From: a virus
Taxonomy: Duplodnaviria; Caudoviricetes
Direction: 5' to 3' (one strand)
IMG/VR virus record: IMGVR_UViG_3300016474_000357
Location: 1 to 54,094 of that record
DNA: 54,094 nucleotides
Both the position numbers and the translations under genes were made by a program. Below are positions 1 through 9,544 of this stretch, in pieces. Every line of letters starts with the position of its first letter. Positions within the stretch are counted from its first letter, which is position 1. The notes beneath the pieces were generated by a model. The model was not told the DNA's origin. It did not search any database and was given only the letters and a program-made list of their open reading frames with translations.

Positions 1-2
1 AA

Positions 3-497
3 GAACTTGGTGGAAGACTTCACATTGAGCAATTGCCAAATCTTGGTAGTTATGCAATGAATTGTTTAAGAAAACCAAAGTACATACTGGATTGTTTAAA
101 CAAATTTCAAGAACCAGTTATTTGGATAGATGTAGATTCTTTAATACACTCACTTCCAATCGAAATGGATAATTTAGATGTAGATGTTGCTTGTGTTGAA
201 AAATCAAATGGTTGCCCAGAAAGTGCTCTAATTTATTTTAATAATACTGAAGGATCTCGTTTTTTCATAAATTCTTGGTTGACTGGTTGTGCTGTTGATA
301 CACCAGAGTTAGATCATCCCGTTTTAAAAGATTTATGGTATGGACAACCAAAGGAAAAAAGAAAATCATTACCAGATACTGTATGTTCAGTTCGTAATGA
401 TTCAAAGGTTACTATTGTTTTATCAAAAACGGACGGAAAAAGAGAACATACACAACAGGTTATGAATAGAAGACGAATGGAAGGAAAAATATTATGA
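3..497 (+). CDS. Putative nucleotide-diphospho-sugar transferase (GT-A-like), 5'-partial
   Basis: The frame is open from position 3 (ELGGRLHIEQLPN...), so the true start lies upstream of the window. Has NCLRKP...VIWIDVD (DxD motif) and is a paralogue of the next ORF. Confidence 0.6.
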   Translation, partial: ELGGRLHIEQLPNLGSYAMNCLRKPKYILDCLNKFQEPVIWIDVDSLIHSLPIEMDNLDVDVACVEKSNGCPESALIYFNNTEGSRFFINSWLTGCAVDTPELDHPVLKDLWYGQPKEKRKSLPDTVCSVRNDSKVTIVLSKTDGKREHTQQVMNRRRMEGKIL

Positions 498-1096
498 CTT
501 GTACAATTATAAGTTTTTATGCTGATCGTGAAACGAATAAAAATGTAGATACTGATACATCAACATACTATTCCGATCATGCAAAAAGATTAACCGAAGA
601 GTTAAAAAAAATAGATATTCCTCATGATATAAGAGAATTAAAAAGCCAAAACAATTATATGAAAAATTGTTTAATGAAACCTGGATTTATTTTGTCTATG
701 CTTGAGGAGAAGAAAAGCCCAGTTTTGTGGATGGATATTGATTGTTTAGTTAAAGATTTTCCAAAAGATTTTGCAGATTCTGAATATGATATATGTTTTG
801 TTAAAAGGGACAAAAGGGTTCCTGAATCTTGTTTTATTTATTTTAATTATACTAAAAATTCTTTAAATTTTATAAAAGAATGGAAAAATATATGTGACAA
901 TTCTTCAAGAAATTTAGATCACTTAGTTTTGATAGAATTATATTCTAAATATAAAGATCTCATAAAAATAAAAGAATATCCTTGGTATTATGCAAATCCA
1001 CAAAATTTACCAGAAGTAAGAATATTAATGTTATCTTCTAAATTTTCAGATAAAAGACAAACAGAAATTAAAATCCAGAAAGAAGGATCACTATGA
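494..1096 (+). CDS. Putative nucleotide-diphospho-sugar transferase (GT-A-like)
   Basis: NCLMKPGFI...PVLWMDID DxD motif, FIKEW and LDH motifs shared with the upstream ORF; ATGA overlap. Confidence 0.6.
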   Translation: MTCTIISFYADRETNKNVDTDTSTYYSDHAKRLTEELKKIDIPHDIRELKSQNNYMKNCLMKPGFILSMLEEKKSPVLWMDIDCLVKDFPKDFADSEYDICFVKRDKRVPESCFIYFNYTKNSLNFIKEWKNICDNSSRNLDHLVLIELYSKYKDLIKIKEYPWYYANPQNLPEVRILMLSSKFSDKRQTEIKIQKEGSL

Positions 1097-1941
1097 ATAC
1101 AATACAGGCAGTTGGAGCACCTTTTAATATATCTTATTCTTCGTGCGGAACTAGAGCGCCGAAAACATTTTCATGGGTAAATCATGAAAATGAAATTAAA
1201 GTATTCATGGATTCACACTTACTTCATGGTCTTGATGGTAATAAAAATAATAAAAAATTTGGTTGGTTTTGTGAATCTAGGATAGTAAAACAACCAGTAT
1301 TTGAACATATAAAAAATAATTTAAATGTTTATAAAGAATCTTATAATAAATTATTTACATGCGATGAAGAACTAATTAAATTAGATAGTGACTTTTTTGT
1401 TTTTTGTTTTGCTGGTAGTAATTTACCCTGGACACCAGAACAAGAATATGGATTACACAATAAAACAAAAAAGATTTCTTTTTTGTGTTCTCCTAATAGT
1501 ATGTCAGATGGACATAGATATAGAATTTCGTGGGCAGAAAAATTAAAAAATAAAGTAGATTTGTATGGTGGTGTTTGTGGTAGTAGAAAAATAGGTGTTA
1601 TTGGTAATCAACATTATCACCACAAAAGAAAAACAGAAGCAATGAATGATTATATGTTCAGTGTTGCTTTTGAAAACACAAAATATAATACTTATTTTAC
1701 TGAAAAGGTAACTGATTGTTTTGCAAATGGAGTAATTCCTGTATATTTTGGAACAGATAACATAAAAAATTATTTTGATGAAAATGGTATAATATTTTTA
1801 CAAGATAATTTTGATCCAGATTCTCTGTCTGAAAATTTTTATAGAGAAAGAATAGATTCTGTAAGAAATAATTTAGAAAAAGTAAAACAATTAGAAATGT
1901 CTGATGATATGGTTTATAGAAAAATAAAGGAAATAATATGA
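1093..1941 (+). CDS. Glycosyltransferase family 10 (alpha-1,3-fucosyltransferase-like)
   Basis: Hallmark GT10 motif YMFSVAFEN...YFTEKVTDCF..GVIPVYFG. Confidence 0.85.
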   Translation: MNTIQAVGAPFNISYSSCGTRAPKTFSWVNHENEIKVFMDSHLLHGLDGNKNNKKFGWFCESRIVKQPVFEHIKNNLNVYKESYNKLFTCDEELIKLDSDFFVFCFAGSNLPWTPEQEYGLHNKTKKISFLCSPNSMSDGHRYRISWAEKLKNKVDLYGGVCGSRKIGVIGNQHYHHKRKTEAMNDYMFSVAFENTKYNTYFTEKVTDCFANGVIPVYFGTDNIKNYFDENGIIFLQDNFDPDSLSENFYRERIDSVRNNLEKVKQLEMSDDMVYRKIKEII

Positions 1942-2618
1942 AAAAGACTGTATCATTTTCATTATTTAATAATAATAGAAGATACACAATAAATTCTTTT
2001 GTTAATGCTGAATTGTGTTTAAAATACTATAATGATTGGATTTGTAAAATTTATTATGACGATAGTGTTCCACAAAATATATTAAATGGATTAAAAAAAA
2101 TTGATAATGTTGTATTGTCAAAAGAAATAGGAGAGGGTGAATCCAGAAGAATGTGGAGATTCTTTGCGTATGATGACTCTGACATAGTTATTTGTAGAGA
2201 TGTTGACAGTCACATTACAGAGAGAGAAGTATCTGCTGTAAATGAATGGTTGAATAGTGATAAAGAACTTCATATAATGAGAGATCATATTCACCATACA
2301 AACAAGATACAAGCGGGAATGTTTGGTATCAAAAAATCAGATAAATTAAAATCTTTAAAAGAATTAACATTAAATCATATTAAACAAAATAAAATTCATT
2401 ATTCTATGGATGAAAAATTTTTATGCTCTGAAATTTATAATATTTTTAAAAATTCCATGATGGTTCATGATGATTATAATAAACACGGTGACACAACAAA
2501 TTCTTGGAAAATACCAGTTCATTATACTGATGTTCATGGTCAATTTGTTGGTAGATCACAATTCCCACCATCAATAAACAACGAAATTTACAATAAATAT
2601 GATAGAGAATATCCATGA
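1938..2618 (+). CDS. Glycosyltransferase-like protein (MWRF...RDxDS...RDH family)
   Basis: MWRFF, CRDVDS, REVSAVNEW and HIMRDH motifs, typical of an uncharacterised GT-A-like family found in phage and giant-virus glycan clusters. Confidence 0.55.
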   Translation: MKKTVSFSLFNNNRRYTINSFVNAELCLKYYNDWICKIYYDDSVPQNILNGLKKIDNVVLSKEIGEGESRRMWRFFAYDDSDIVICRDVDSHITEREVSAVNEWLNSDKELHIMRDHIHHTNKIQAGMFGIKKSDKLKSLKELTLNHIKQNKIHYSMDEKFLCSEIYNIFKNSMMVHDDYNKHGDTTNSWKIPVHYTDVHGQFVGRSQFPPSINNEIYNKYDREYP

Positions 2619-3370
2619 ATGTTCAAAAAGTAATTTTAGGTTCAACCTGTAATCCATATTATCTTGATTTTTGGCCACTAGTGTCTAAAGTTTGGAAACT
2701 CAGATTTAACATCCATCCAGTCTTATATCTGATTCATGATGATAAACAAACAAAAATTAATAGTGAATATGGTGATGTTGTATACATCGAACCAGTAAAT
2801 GGTGTTGAGTTGAGTTTACAGGCTCAATGGGTGAGATATTGGGTTCCCTCTACAGAATTAGATACTACTTGGATGATATCCGATATAGATATGATTCCTA
2901 TTAATAGAAAATATTTTTTAGAAACTCCAAAGCAATATTCTGATAATATGTTCATTAATCTAAATGCACAAGTTATTGGTGGATTTCCAGCATGTTATAA
3001 CATAGCAAAAGGAAAAACATTCAAAGATGTTTTGAATTTACCAGACACATTTGAACAGTCTTTAAATAATACAAAATTTTGGGAATCCAATTACCCCCAT
3101 ACACCAGAAAATAGTAATATAAATGCAAAATATTGGGCTGTTGATGAAATGCATTCGAATGGAAAAATATCCCTATATCATGATAAATCCATCTTTGCTA
3201 ATCCACCAAGACCTGGCGGGTTTTGTAAGATGCGATTGGACAGATTATCTTGGCGATTTAATGATGATGAAATAAGAAGAGAATATTATATGGATGCTCA
3301 CTGTCCAAGACCATATTCTGCACATAAAGAAAGTATTGATAGAATAGTAAATATATTATTGAGCACTTAA
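2615..3370 (+). CDS. Putative glycosyltransferase (GT-A-like)
   Basis: YLDFWP, SDIDMIP (DxD) and DAHCPRPY motifs; cluster context. Confidence 0.5.
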   Translation: MNVQKVILGSTCNPYYLDFWPLVSKVWKLRFNIHPVLYLIHDDKQTKINSEYGDVVYIEPVNGVELSLQAQWVRYWVPSTELDTTWMISDIDMIPINRKYFLETPKQYSDNMFINLNAQVIGGFPACYNIAKGKTFKDVLNLPDTFEQSLNNTKFWESNYPHTPENSNINAKYWAVDEMHSNGKISLYHDKSIFANPPRPGGFCKMRLDRLSWRFNDDEIRREYYMDAHCPRPYSAHKESIDRIVNILLST

Positions 3371-4170
3371 TGTCATTTGTATACACAAAAAGGTTTGGTG
3401 GATTTTGTAATAGTTTATTTTTATGGCAATTTGCTTACAGAATTGCTGAAATAAATAATTATAAAGTTGCAGTATATAAAAAACATTTTCCAGAATTTTT
3501 ATTTCTTGATGTTCCAAATACTATTTTATTGGATGAACCACCAAATGGAATATTGGAAATAGATTCAAATAATCTAAATAATAATTTTTATTTAGAAAAA
3601 AAAGAACCAATATCATTCACATGTGGTTGGAATTTTAATAGTTTTTTTTCGGTAAAAAAAGAAAAACCAATATCAAAAATAAAATTAAAAGATAAAAATT
3701 TAAATTTTTTAATAAAACAAACTTGCTCAAATTATATTGGTATTCACTTGAGAAGAGGAGACTATACAAGTATTCCAGAAGCATTTACACCCGACGAATG
3801 GTATTATGACAAATGTTTACAAAATAAAAATGAAATATTTTATTTATCTACAGATGGAACCATACAAGATACACTTTTTTTAAACAATTTTAACATCAAA
3901 AGATATGATTTGTTTACTAACAATAAAAACTTAAATACCATAAATTGTCATTACAATACAAATAATAATCCATATAAAACAGCAAATCATTTATCACTGG
4001 TAGATCCAGATTTAATGTTGATAAAATTGATAGATTTATTTTCTCTTAGTTATTGTAAAAAAATCTATGCGTCACAATCTACTTTTAGTATAACTGCTAA
4101 TTTATTGAATGGAACAGAAACAGTTTACTCTCACGATAAATACTTTCAAGTGATGAGTAAATTTTTATAA
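3370..4170 (+). CDS. GT11-like alpha-1,2-fucosyltransferase / O-fucosyltransferase-fold protein
   Basis: N-terminal GGFCNSLF, GIHLRRGDY, YLSTD and DLFSLSYC...STFS motifs. Confidence 0.8.
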   Translation: MSFVYTKRFGGFCNSLFLWQFAYRIAEINNYKVAVYKKHFPEFLFLDVPNTILLDEPPNGILEIDSNNLNNNFYLEKKEPISFTCGWNFNSFFSVKKEKPISKIKLKDKNLNFLIKQTCSNYIGIHLRRGDYTSIPEAFTPDEWYYDKCLQNKNEIFYLSTDGTIQDTLFLNNFNIKRYDLFTNNKNLNTINCHYNTNNNPYKTANHLSLVDPDLMLIKLIDLFSLSYCKKIYASQSTFSITANLLNGTETVYSHDKYFQVMSKFL

Positions 4171-4180
4171 GGAAAAAAAA

Positions 4181-4732
4181 ATGGATCACATATACACATA
4201 CGCTAAATTCGGTGAAGCATGGTTTAGTTACCCAAAATTATATTCCCGTTGGGTCAAAGAATTAACAAATAATTCAAAAATTGTTGAGGTTGGTTGTTGG
4301 AAAGGAAGAAGTACATGCTATCTTGCTGTAGAAATAATAAATTCTCAAAAAGACATTAAATTATATGCAGTTGACACTTGGTTGGGTTCTGATGAGCATA
4401 AAAATGATCCATATGTAAAAACAAATACACTTTATGATTTATTCATGGATAATATGAAACCATATCTATCCGTTGTAACACCAATGAGAATGACTTCTTT
4501 AGAGGCTAGTGAAAAATTTGAAAATGAATCTCTAGATGCAGTTTTTATAGATGCATGCCATTCATATGATTGTGTTCTGGAAGACATAAAAGCATGGTTA
4601 CCAAAAGTAAAAACAAATGGATATTTAGCAGGACATGATTGGCATGATTCTGGAATACAAGCAGCAGTTAGAGATGCTGGTCTTACCAATTTTGAAACAG
4701 ATGAAGATTGTTTTATTTATAGAAAGAAATGA
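4181..4732 (+). CDS. Class I SAM-dependent methyltransferase (Methyltransf_24-like)
   Basis: IVEVGCWKGRS, VDTW, VFIDACHSY and GYLAGHDW motifs. Confidence 0.85.
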   Translation: MDHIYTYAKFGEAWFSYPKLYSRWVKELTNNSKIVEVGCWKGRSTCYLAVEIINSQKDIKLYAVDTWLGSDEHKNDPYVKTNTLYDLFMDNMKPYLSVVTPMRMTSLEASEKFENESLDAVFIDACHSYDCVLEDIKAWLPKVKTNGYLAGHDWHDSGIQAAVRDAGLTNFETDEDCFIYRKK

Positions 4733-5343
4733 GAATTAATATGTTGGATAATATTGATGTATTTGTTTTGGCTACAAAAAAAAGAAATCCTCTAATACCA
4801 CCTTTTCTGGAAAAACAAAATATAAAGTATGAGTTATATTATACTCCAGATTATGAATTAGATATTAATAAAGTAAAACATAAAGAATATTCCTATAGTT
4901 TAGGAAATCTTACAGCAGCTTCAAGATTATATAAAGGAACTGCTGATGTTATGAAAAAAATAAACAAACAATATGGATTGATACTAGAAGATGATGCTGT
5001 TCCTAATTGTGATAATTGGGTAGAAATTATAGAAAATTCTACAAAATTTTGTGATGATTTTGATATTGTATCTCTACATGCAAGAGGTGTGAAACACCAT
5101 TTGTTTGATGTAATTGATACAATTGGTGATAAAAATATTTTGAAACCAAAAATATATGAATTTTGGGTTAGTCAAATGTGTGGTTCTATGGCACTTTTGA
5201 TAAACAAAAATAAAATTAATTGCTATATTGATCATGAATTTATAGGTATTCCTGTTGATGTTGCAGTTTATAGTAAAAAATTTGTTTTATTGGAACCATC
5301 GATTTTTAATCATGATAACGGACAACAATCAACTCTAAATTAA
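4729..5343 (+). CDS. Glycosyltransferase family 25-like protein
   Basis: LILEDDA motif and IPVD near the C-terminus. Confidence 0.6.
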   Translation: MRINMLDNIDVFVLATKKRNPLIPPFLEKQNIKYELYYTPDYELDINKVKHKEYSYSLGNLTAASRLYKGTADVMKKINKQYGLILEDDAVPNCDNWVEIIENSTKFCDDFDIVSLHARGVKHHLFDVIDTIGDKNILKPKIYEFWVSQMCGSMALLINKNKINCYIDHEFIGIPVDVAVYSKKFVLLEPSIFNHDNGQQSTLN

Positions 5344-5344
5344 A

Positions 5345-6196
5345 ATGAAAAAAATTGTATTCTATAATAATTGGCATAATGGTGATGTATTTGTTTGTAA
5401 GGAATTTATTAGAGAAATTACAAATCATTTTAATTTGCCGACATATTATTGTCATGATATGAAAAAATGTTTTTATAAAGATATAAACTTAACAGAATGT
5501 GATAGGTTTGAAGGTGGTCATTTTCACACTGATCATGGGATTACCATTAAGGATAATGTGGCTTATATAAACACTTGGTATAATTCGGAACATGGTAAAT
5601 TTTATAGTGGATCAACATTAATAACATTATATAATTATTTTAAACATGTTTATTCTGTTCTTGGTTTAGAAATAAACAAAAATTATGAATATTATATTCC
5701 CAGAATAGATATGGAATACTATAAAAATAAAATAAATCACAATTTATTAACAAAAAAATATGATAAAAAAATATTAATTTGTAATAATATTCCTTTATCT
5801 GGACAAGCACAAGAATATGATTGGTCAGATTATATTGATCATTTGGGAGAACAATATCCAAATTATTTATTTTTAATAACAAATGATGGAGTATATAAAC
5901 AAACAGATAATGTGGTAAAGGTAAATACATTATATACTGTTGATTATAATATTAATAACGATTTAATGGAAATATCTTACATAAGTACATTTTGTGACAT
6001 TATAGTGGGCAGGAGTAGTGGTCCATTTTCTTGTTGTTTTACAGTTAACAACATAGGAACTTCAAAAAAAATAATTAATGTTACAAAATGGATTAAAGAG
6101 GGACATTTTGGGTTCCCAAATTCTAATATATACTTAATAGATGATTCCCGATATGATAAAATTCAAATTTTAAATAAAATTAAATCTTTTATGTGA
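5345..6196 (+). CDS. Putative GT-B glycosyltransferase (GT9-like)
   Basis: N-terminal HNGDVF and C-terminal CDIIVGRSSGPF resemble GT9 heptosyltransferase-type motifs. Confidence 0.45.
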   Translation: MKKIVFYNNWHNGDVFVCKEFIREITNHFNLPTYYCHDMKKCFYKDINLTECDRFEGGHFHTDHGITIKDNVAYINTWYNSEHGKFYSGSTLITLYNYFKHVYSVLGLEINKNYEYYIPRIDMEYYKNKINHNLLTKKYDKKILICNNIPLSGQAQEYDWSDYIDHLGEQYPNYLFLITNDGVYKQTDNVVKVNTLYTVDYNINNDLMEISYISTFCDIIVGRSSGPFSCCFTVNNIGTSKKIINVTKWIKEGHFGFPNSNIYLIDDSRYDKIQILNKIKSFM

Positions 6197-6203
6197 GGTT
6201 AAT

Positions 6204-6854
6204 ATGAAAACTATAGCAATATTTGGCGGATCTGGTGGATTGGGAGCACCTTTGTGTGACTTATTATCACAAAATGACAATTTTAATGTTATAAAAATTT
6301 CATCAAAAGATGTAAATATTTGTTCCAGAGAAGAAGTTGAATCATTTTTTTTAAAAAATAAGATTGATGTTATAATAAATTTAGCAGCATATAATTTTGA
6401 TTCATTTCTTCATAAATATACAGCAGAAAAAGAATTTGAATTAAATAAACAAATAGATGTTAATATAAGAGGTGCTATCAACATATTAACATCTGGTTTG
6501 CCGTATATGAGAAAAAATAAATATGGAAGAATTATTTTTGCATCTTCTATAGTCGCATCTCGTCCTGTTATTGGAACATCAATATATGGTGCATGTAAAA
6601 ATTTTATAGAATCCTTAATAAAAACATGTTCTTTAGAAAATGCAAACAATAATATAACTGCAAACACTATCCAATTAGGGTATTTTGATGGTGGATTGTT
6701 GTATAAATTGAATGATGAATCAAGAGAAAAAATAAAAGAAACTATACCATCAAAAAGATGGGGATCAATAGATGAACTATATTCCACTATTACTTATTTA
6801 ATAAACACACCATATGTCACAGGAAGTACCATAAGTATTAATGGAGGAATTTGA
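6204..6854 (+). CDS. SDR family oxidoreductase (FabG / 3-oxoacyl-ACP reductase-like)
   Basis: GGSGGLG Rossmann motif, INLAA, catalytic YGACK (YxxxK), IPSKRWG...YVTGSTISINGG. Confidence 0.85.
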   Translation: MKTIAIFGGSGGLGAPLCDLLSQNDNFNVIKISSKDVNICSREEVESFFLKNKIDVIINLAAYNFDSFLHKYTAEKEFELNKQIDVNIRGAINILTSGLPYMRKNKYGRIIFASSIVASRPVIGTSIYGACKNFIESLIKTCSLENANNNITANTIQLGYFDGGLLYKLNDESREKIKETIPSKRWGSIDELYSTITYLINTPYVTGSTISINGGI

Positions 6855-6856
6855 TT

Positions 6857-7429
6857 ATGGATAGTTCTTGGTATTCTGAGGAAGAATTAAAAAATATTGG
6901 TTTTGGTTCTATTGGGAAAAATGTTTTTATATCTAAAAAAGTTTCGATATATGGTCCTGAAAATATTTTTATAGGAAATGATGTTAGGATTGATGATTAC
7001 TGTATATTTGCTTCAACAAAAGGAAAATTGTTATTAGAAGGTTATAATCATATAGCAGCGTTTTCTTATATAAACAGTGCAGGTGATGTTACCATGAAAA
7101 TATTTTCTGGTATATCATCTAGATGTTCTGTCTATTCTGGGAGCGAAAATTATGATGGATCATATTTAACAAATCCAACAGTTCCAACACAATATACTTC
7201 AACAATTACAAAACCAATTTATATTGGAAAACATGTTGTAATAGGAACAAATTCTGCAATTTTGCCAGGTTGTGATATTGGTGATTATTCTTCTGTTGGT
7301 GCATTTTCTTTAGTAACAAAACCTGTACCAGAAGGAAAGATGGCTAAAGGAATTCCTGCAAAGGTATACAGAGATAGGGATATGATAAAATTAAAAGAAT
7401 TAGAAAATTTATTTCTAAAAGGAAAATGA
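6857..7429 (+). CDS. Hexapeptide-repeat acyltransferase, VioB-like (NDP-4-amino-6-deoxysugar N-acyltransferase)
   Basis: YSEEELKNIGFGSIGKNVFISKKVSIY..NDVRIDDYC N-terminus, left-handed beta-helix repeats and GIPAK. ATG at 6857 preferred because GGAGG lies 9 nt upstream. Confidence 0.8.
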   Translation: MDSSWYSEEELKNIGFGSIGKNVFISKKVSIYGPENIFIGNDVRIDDYCIFASTKGKLLLEGYNHIAAFSYINSAGDVTMKIFSGISSRCSVYSGSENYDGSYLTNPTVPTQYTSTITKPIYIGKHVVIGTNSAILPGCDIGDYSSVGAFSLVTKPVPEGKMAKGIPAKVYRDRDMIKLKELENLFLKGK

Positions 7430-7430
7430 T

Positions 7431-7739
7431 ATGGCAGACACACTTGGCAATATAATCGATAAGATGATCACTGTTGATTTAAAAATGTGGCATAATCAAG
7501 AACTTCTTTATAAAATAAGAAGAATGACTTTTGATGAATATAAACAAGAATATTTTTTATCGGAAGAAGGTGCAATTAAATTATGGGAATCTTTAAAAAA
7601 AGCATGTGATTTAAATGTTCAGAGAAATCAACTTATAAATGAAGTTGATTTAAAAATTATAGAAATGTTAAACAGTAAAGAAAAAGGATTGGAATTGGAT
7701 AATGGTTCTTTTGTTCAACGAAGTCATAAAACATATTGA
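7431..7739 (+). CDS. Small helical protein, DUF4254-like
   Basis: DTLGNIIDK..LKMWHNQE...LNVQRNQLINEVD pattern; such proteins are commonly found in glycan loci. Confidence 0.5.
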   Translation: MADTLGNIIDKMITVDLKMWHNQELLYKIRRMTFDEYKQEYFLSEEGAIKLWESLKKACDLNVQRNQLINEVDLKIIEMLNSKEKGLELDNGSFVQRSHKTY

Positions 7740-7748
7740 GAGATAAAA

Positions 7749-8444
7749 ATGAATGATGTTTCTACAAATTTAAGAATAGCATATAATTTAAATAATTGGC
7801 AAAAAAATTATATTTTAGAGTGTGGTGCTGGTCTTCTTGGAGAAGAAACCGCTGGATTAAGAGATAGTAATAATTGCTACTATATGGAGGCACATCCAGA
7901 ATTATATTCTTGTTTAAAAAATAAAGTTAATGTTTTTAATTATGCTTTAGCGGATTATGATGGAGAAACAGAATTTACATTAACATCTCATTTTGGTAAT
8001 TCTAGTATAAAGCATTCAGAGGAACATTTAAAAGAGCTTTCTACATATAACAGTATTTCCAGTAAAATTAAAGTAAAATGTATAACATATGAAACCTTTA
8101 TTAAAGAAATATTAAAACACAATATAGATGTCTTAGTATTAGATGTTGAAGGTTATGAAAAACACATATTAAAAACTTTTATTGATTTGACAGAAAATTG
8201 TAAACCAAAATTAATAGTAATAGAATGTGGATATGATTGGAAAGAAAGATATGAATTATTGAAAAAATTAAATTACAATTTAGATTTTTTTTATTTTAAT
8301 AATGCATATTTATCTTTAAACTCCAATACAAATACTATAAAAAATATAGAACAAATTAAAAATTTTAGAAAAGATTGGTCTAAATGGATTTGGCAGGGAA
8401 AAGAAATTTATAATGAGTACTATTTAAAAGATACACCAATATAA
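7749..8444 (+). CDS. FkbM family methyltransferase
   Basis: ILECGA, MEAHP, NYALADYDG and IDVLVLDVEGYE motifs. Confidence 0.85.
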   Translation: MNDVSTNLRIAYNLNNWQKNYILECGAGLLGEETAGLRDSNNCYYMEAHPELYSCLKNKVNVFNYALADYDGETEFTLTSHFGNSSIKHSEEHLKELSTYNSISSKIKVKCITYETFIKEILKHNIDVLVLDVEGYEKHILKTFIDLTENCKPKLIVIECGYDWKERYELLKKLNYNLDFFYFNNAYLSLNSNTNTIKNIEQIKNFRKDWSKWIWQGKEIYNEYYLKDTPI

Positions 8445-8445
8445 T

Positions 8446-9543
8446 ATGATTCCAATATATAAACCATATTTACCAGAAAAATCACTGAAATATGCTATTG
8501 ATGCGATTAACAGTGGTTGGATATCTTCTATCGGAAATTATAAAAATTTAGCAGCAGATAAATTATGCAATATATTAAAAGTTAATAATGTGTTATTAAC
8601 TTGTAATGGAACAACTGCAAGTCATTTACTTATAAAGGCTTTAAAATTTAAATATCCTAACATTAAAAAAATAATAGTTCCAAATAATGTTTATGTAACT
8701 GCATGGAATGTATTATTCTATGATAATAATGATTATGAGATAATTTCAGTGGATGCTGATCTTAAAACATGGAATGCAGATTATTCATCATTAAGTATAA
8801 ATGAAGACTCTAGAGATATAGCATTTTTAATTGTTCATAATATGGGAAATATAATAAATGTTCCTCATCTAAAACAAAAATATAAATATGCAGTTTTTAT
8901 AGAGGATAATTGTGAGGGAATATTTGGTTCTTATAATGGAATTTCCTCAGGCACTGAATCATTTTGTTCTTCTTTATCATTTTTTGGTAATAAAAATATT
9001 ACAACAGGTGAGGGTGGTGCTGTTTTGATAAATGATGATGAAGTTTTTGATTATCTAAGTAAACTGCATGGTCAGGGTCAAACTAATGTTAAATTTATTC
9101 ATGATGTTTTGGGGTATAATTATAGAATGACCAATATTCATGCTGGAATACTTTTAGGACAATTAGAATTATATGAAGAAATTAAAAATAAAAAAATAGA
9201 AATTTTTAAAAAATATAAATCATTATTAAATGGAGTACCTGGAATTTTTATGCAAGAGGAACACTCAGGATGTTCTCATTCTTGTTGGATGTTTGGTGTA
9301 AGAATAGATGGCAATAAAAACTATAATGATTCAAAAATATTTTTTGACAAAAGAGGTATAGAAACCAGACCTCTTTTTTATCCTATAAATTCTCATAAAC
9401 ATTTAATAAACATAAACTCAAAAGTAAAAGTTGCAGAACAATTGAATAATGAATGTGTTATATTACCATCTTATCCAGAATTAAAAGACCACGAAATAGA
9501 ATATATAGCAAATTGTGTTAAAAAATATAATAGGAAACCTTAA
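8446..9543 (+). CDS. DegT/DnrJ/EryC1/StrS PLP-dependent sugar aminotransferase (perosamine synthase-like)
   Basis: SGWISSIG, NGTTA, IEDNCEG, SFFGNKNITTGEGG (PLP lysine), GYNYRMTN, IETRPLF and LPSYP motifs. Confidence 0.92.
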   Translation: MIPIYKPYLPEKSLKYAIDAINSGWISSIGNYKNLAADKLCNILKVNNVLLTCNGTTASHLLIKALKFKYPNIKKIIVPNNVYVTAWNVLFYDNNDYEIISVDADLKTWNADYSSLSINEDSRDIAFLIVHNMGNIINVPHLKQKYKYAVFIEDNCEGIFGSYNGISSGTESFCSSLSFFGNKNITTGEGGAVLINDDEVFDYLSKLHGQGQTNVKFIHDVLGYNYRMTNIHAGILLGQLELYEEIKNKKIEIFKKYKSLLNGVPGIFMQEEHSGCSHSCWMFGVRIDGNKNYNDSKIFFDKRGIETRPLFYPINSHKHLININSKVKVAEQLNNECVILPSYPELKDHEIEYIANCVKKYNRKP

Positions 9544-9544
9544 A

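Noticed and set aside
8881-8888. Exact TATAAATA inside the aminotransferase gene, plus other intragenic NATAAATA matches
   Set aside because: Mid-CDS in very AT-rich DNA (encodes YKY), where chance matches are expected. Only boxes at gene boundaries were reported.
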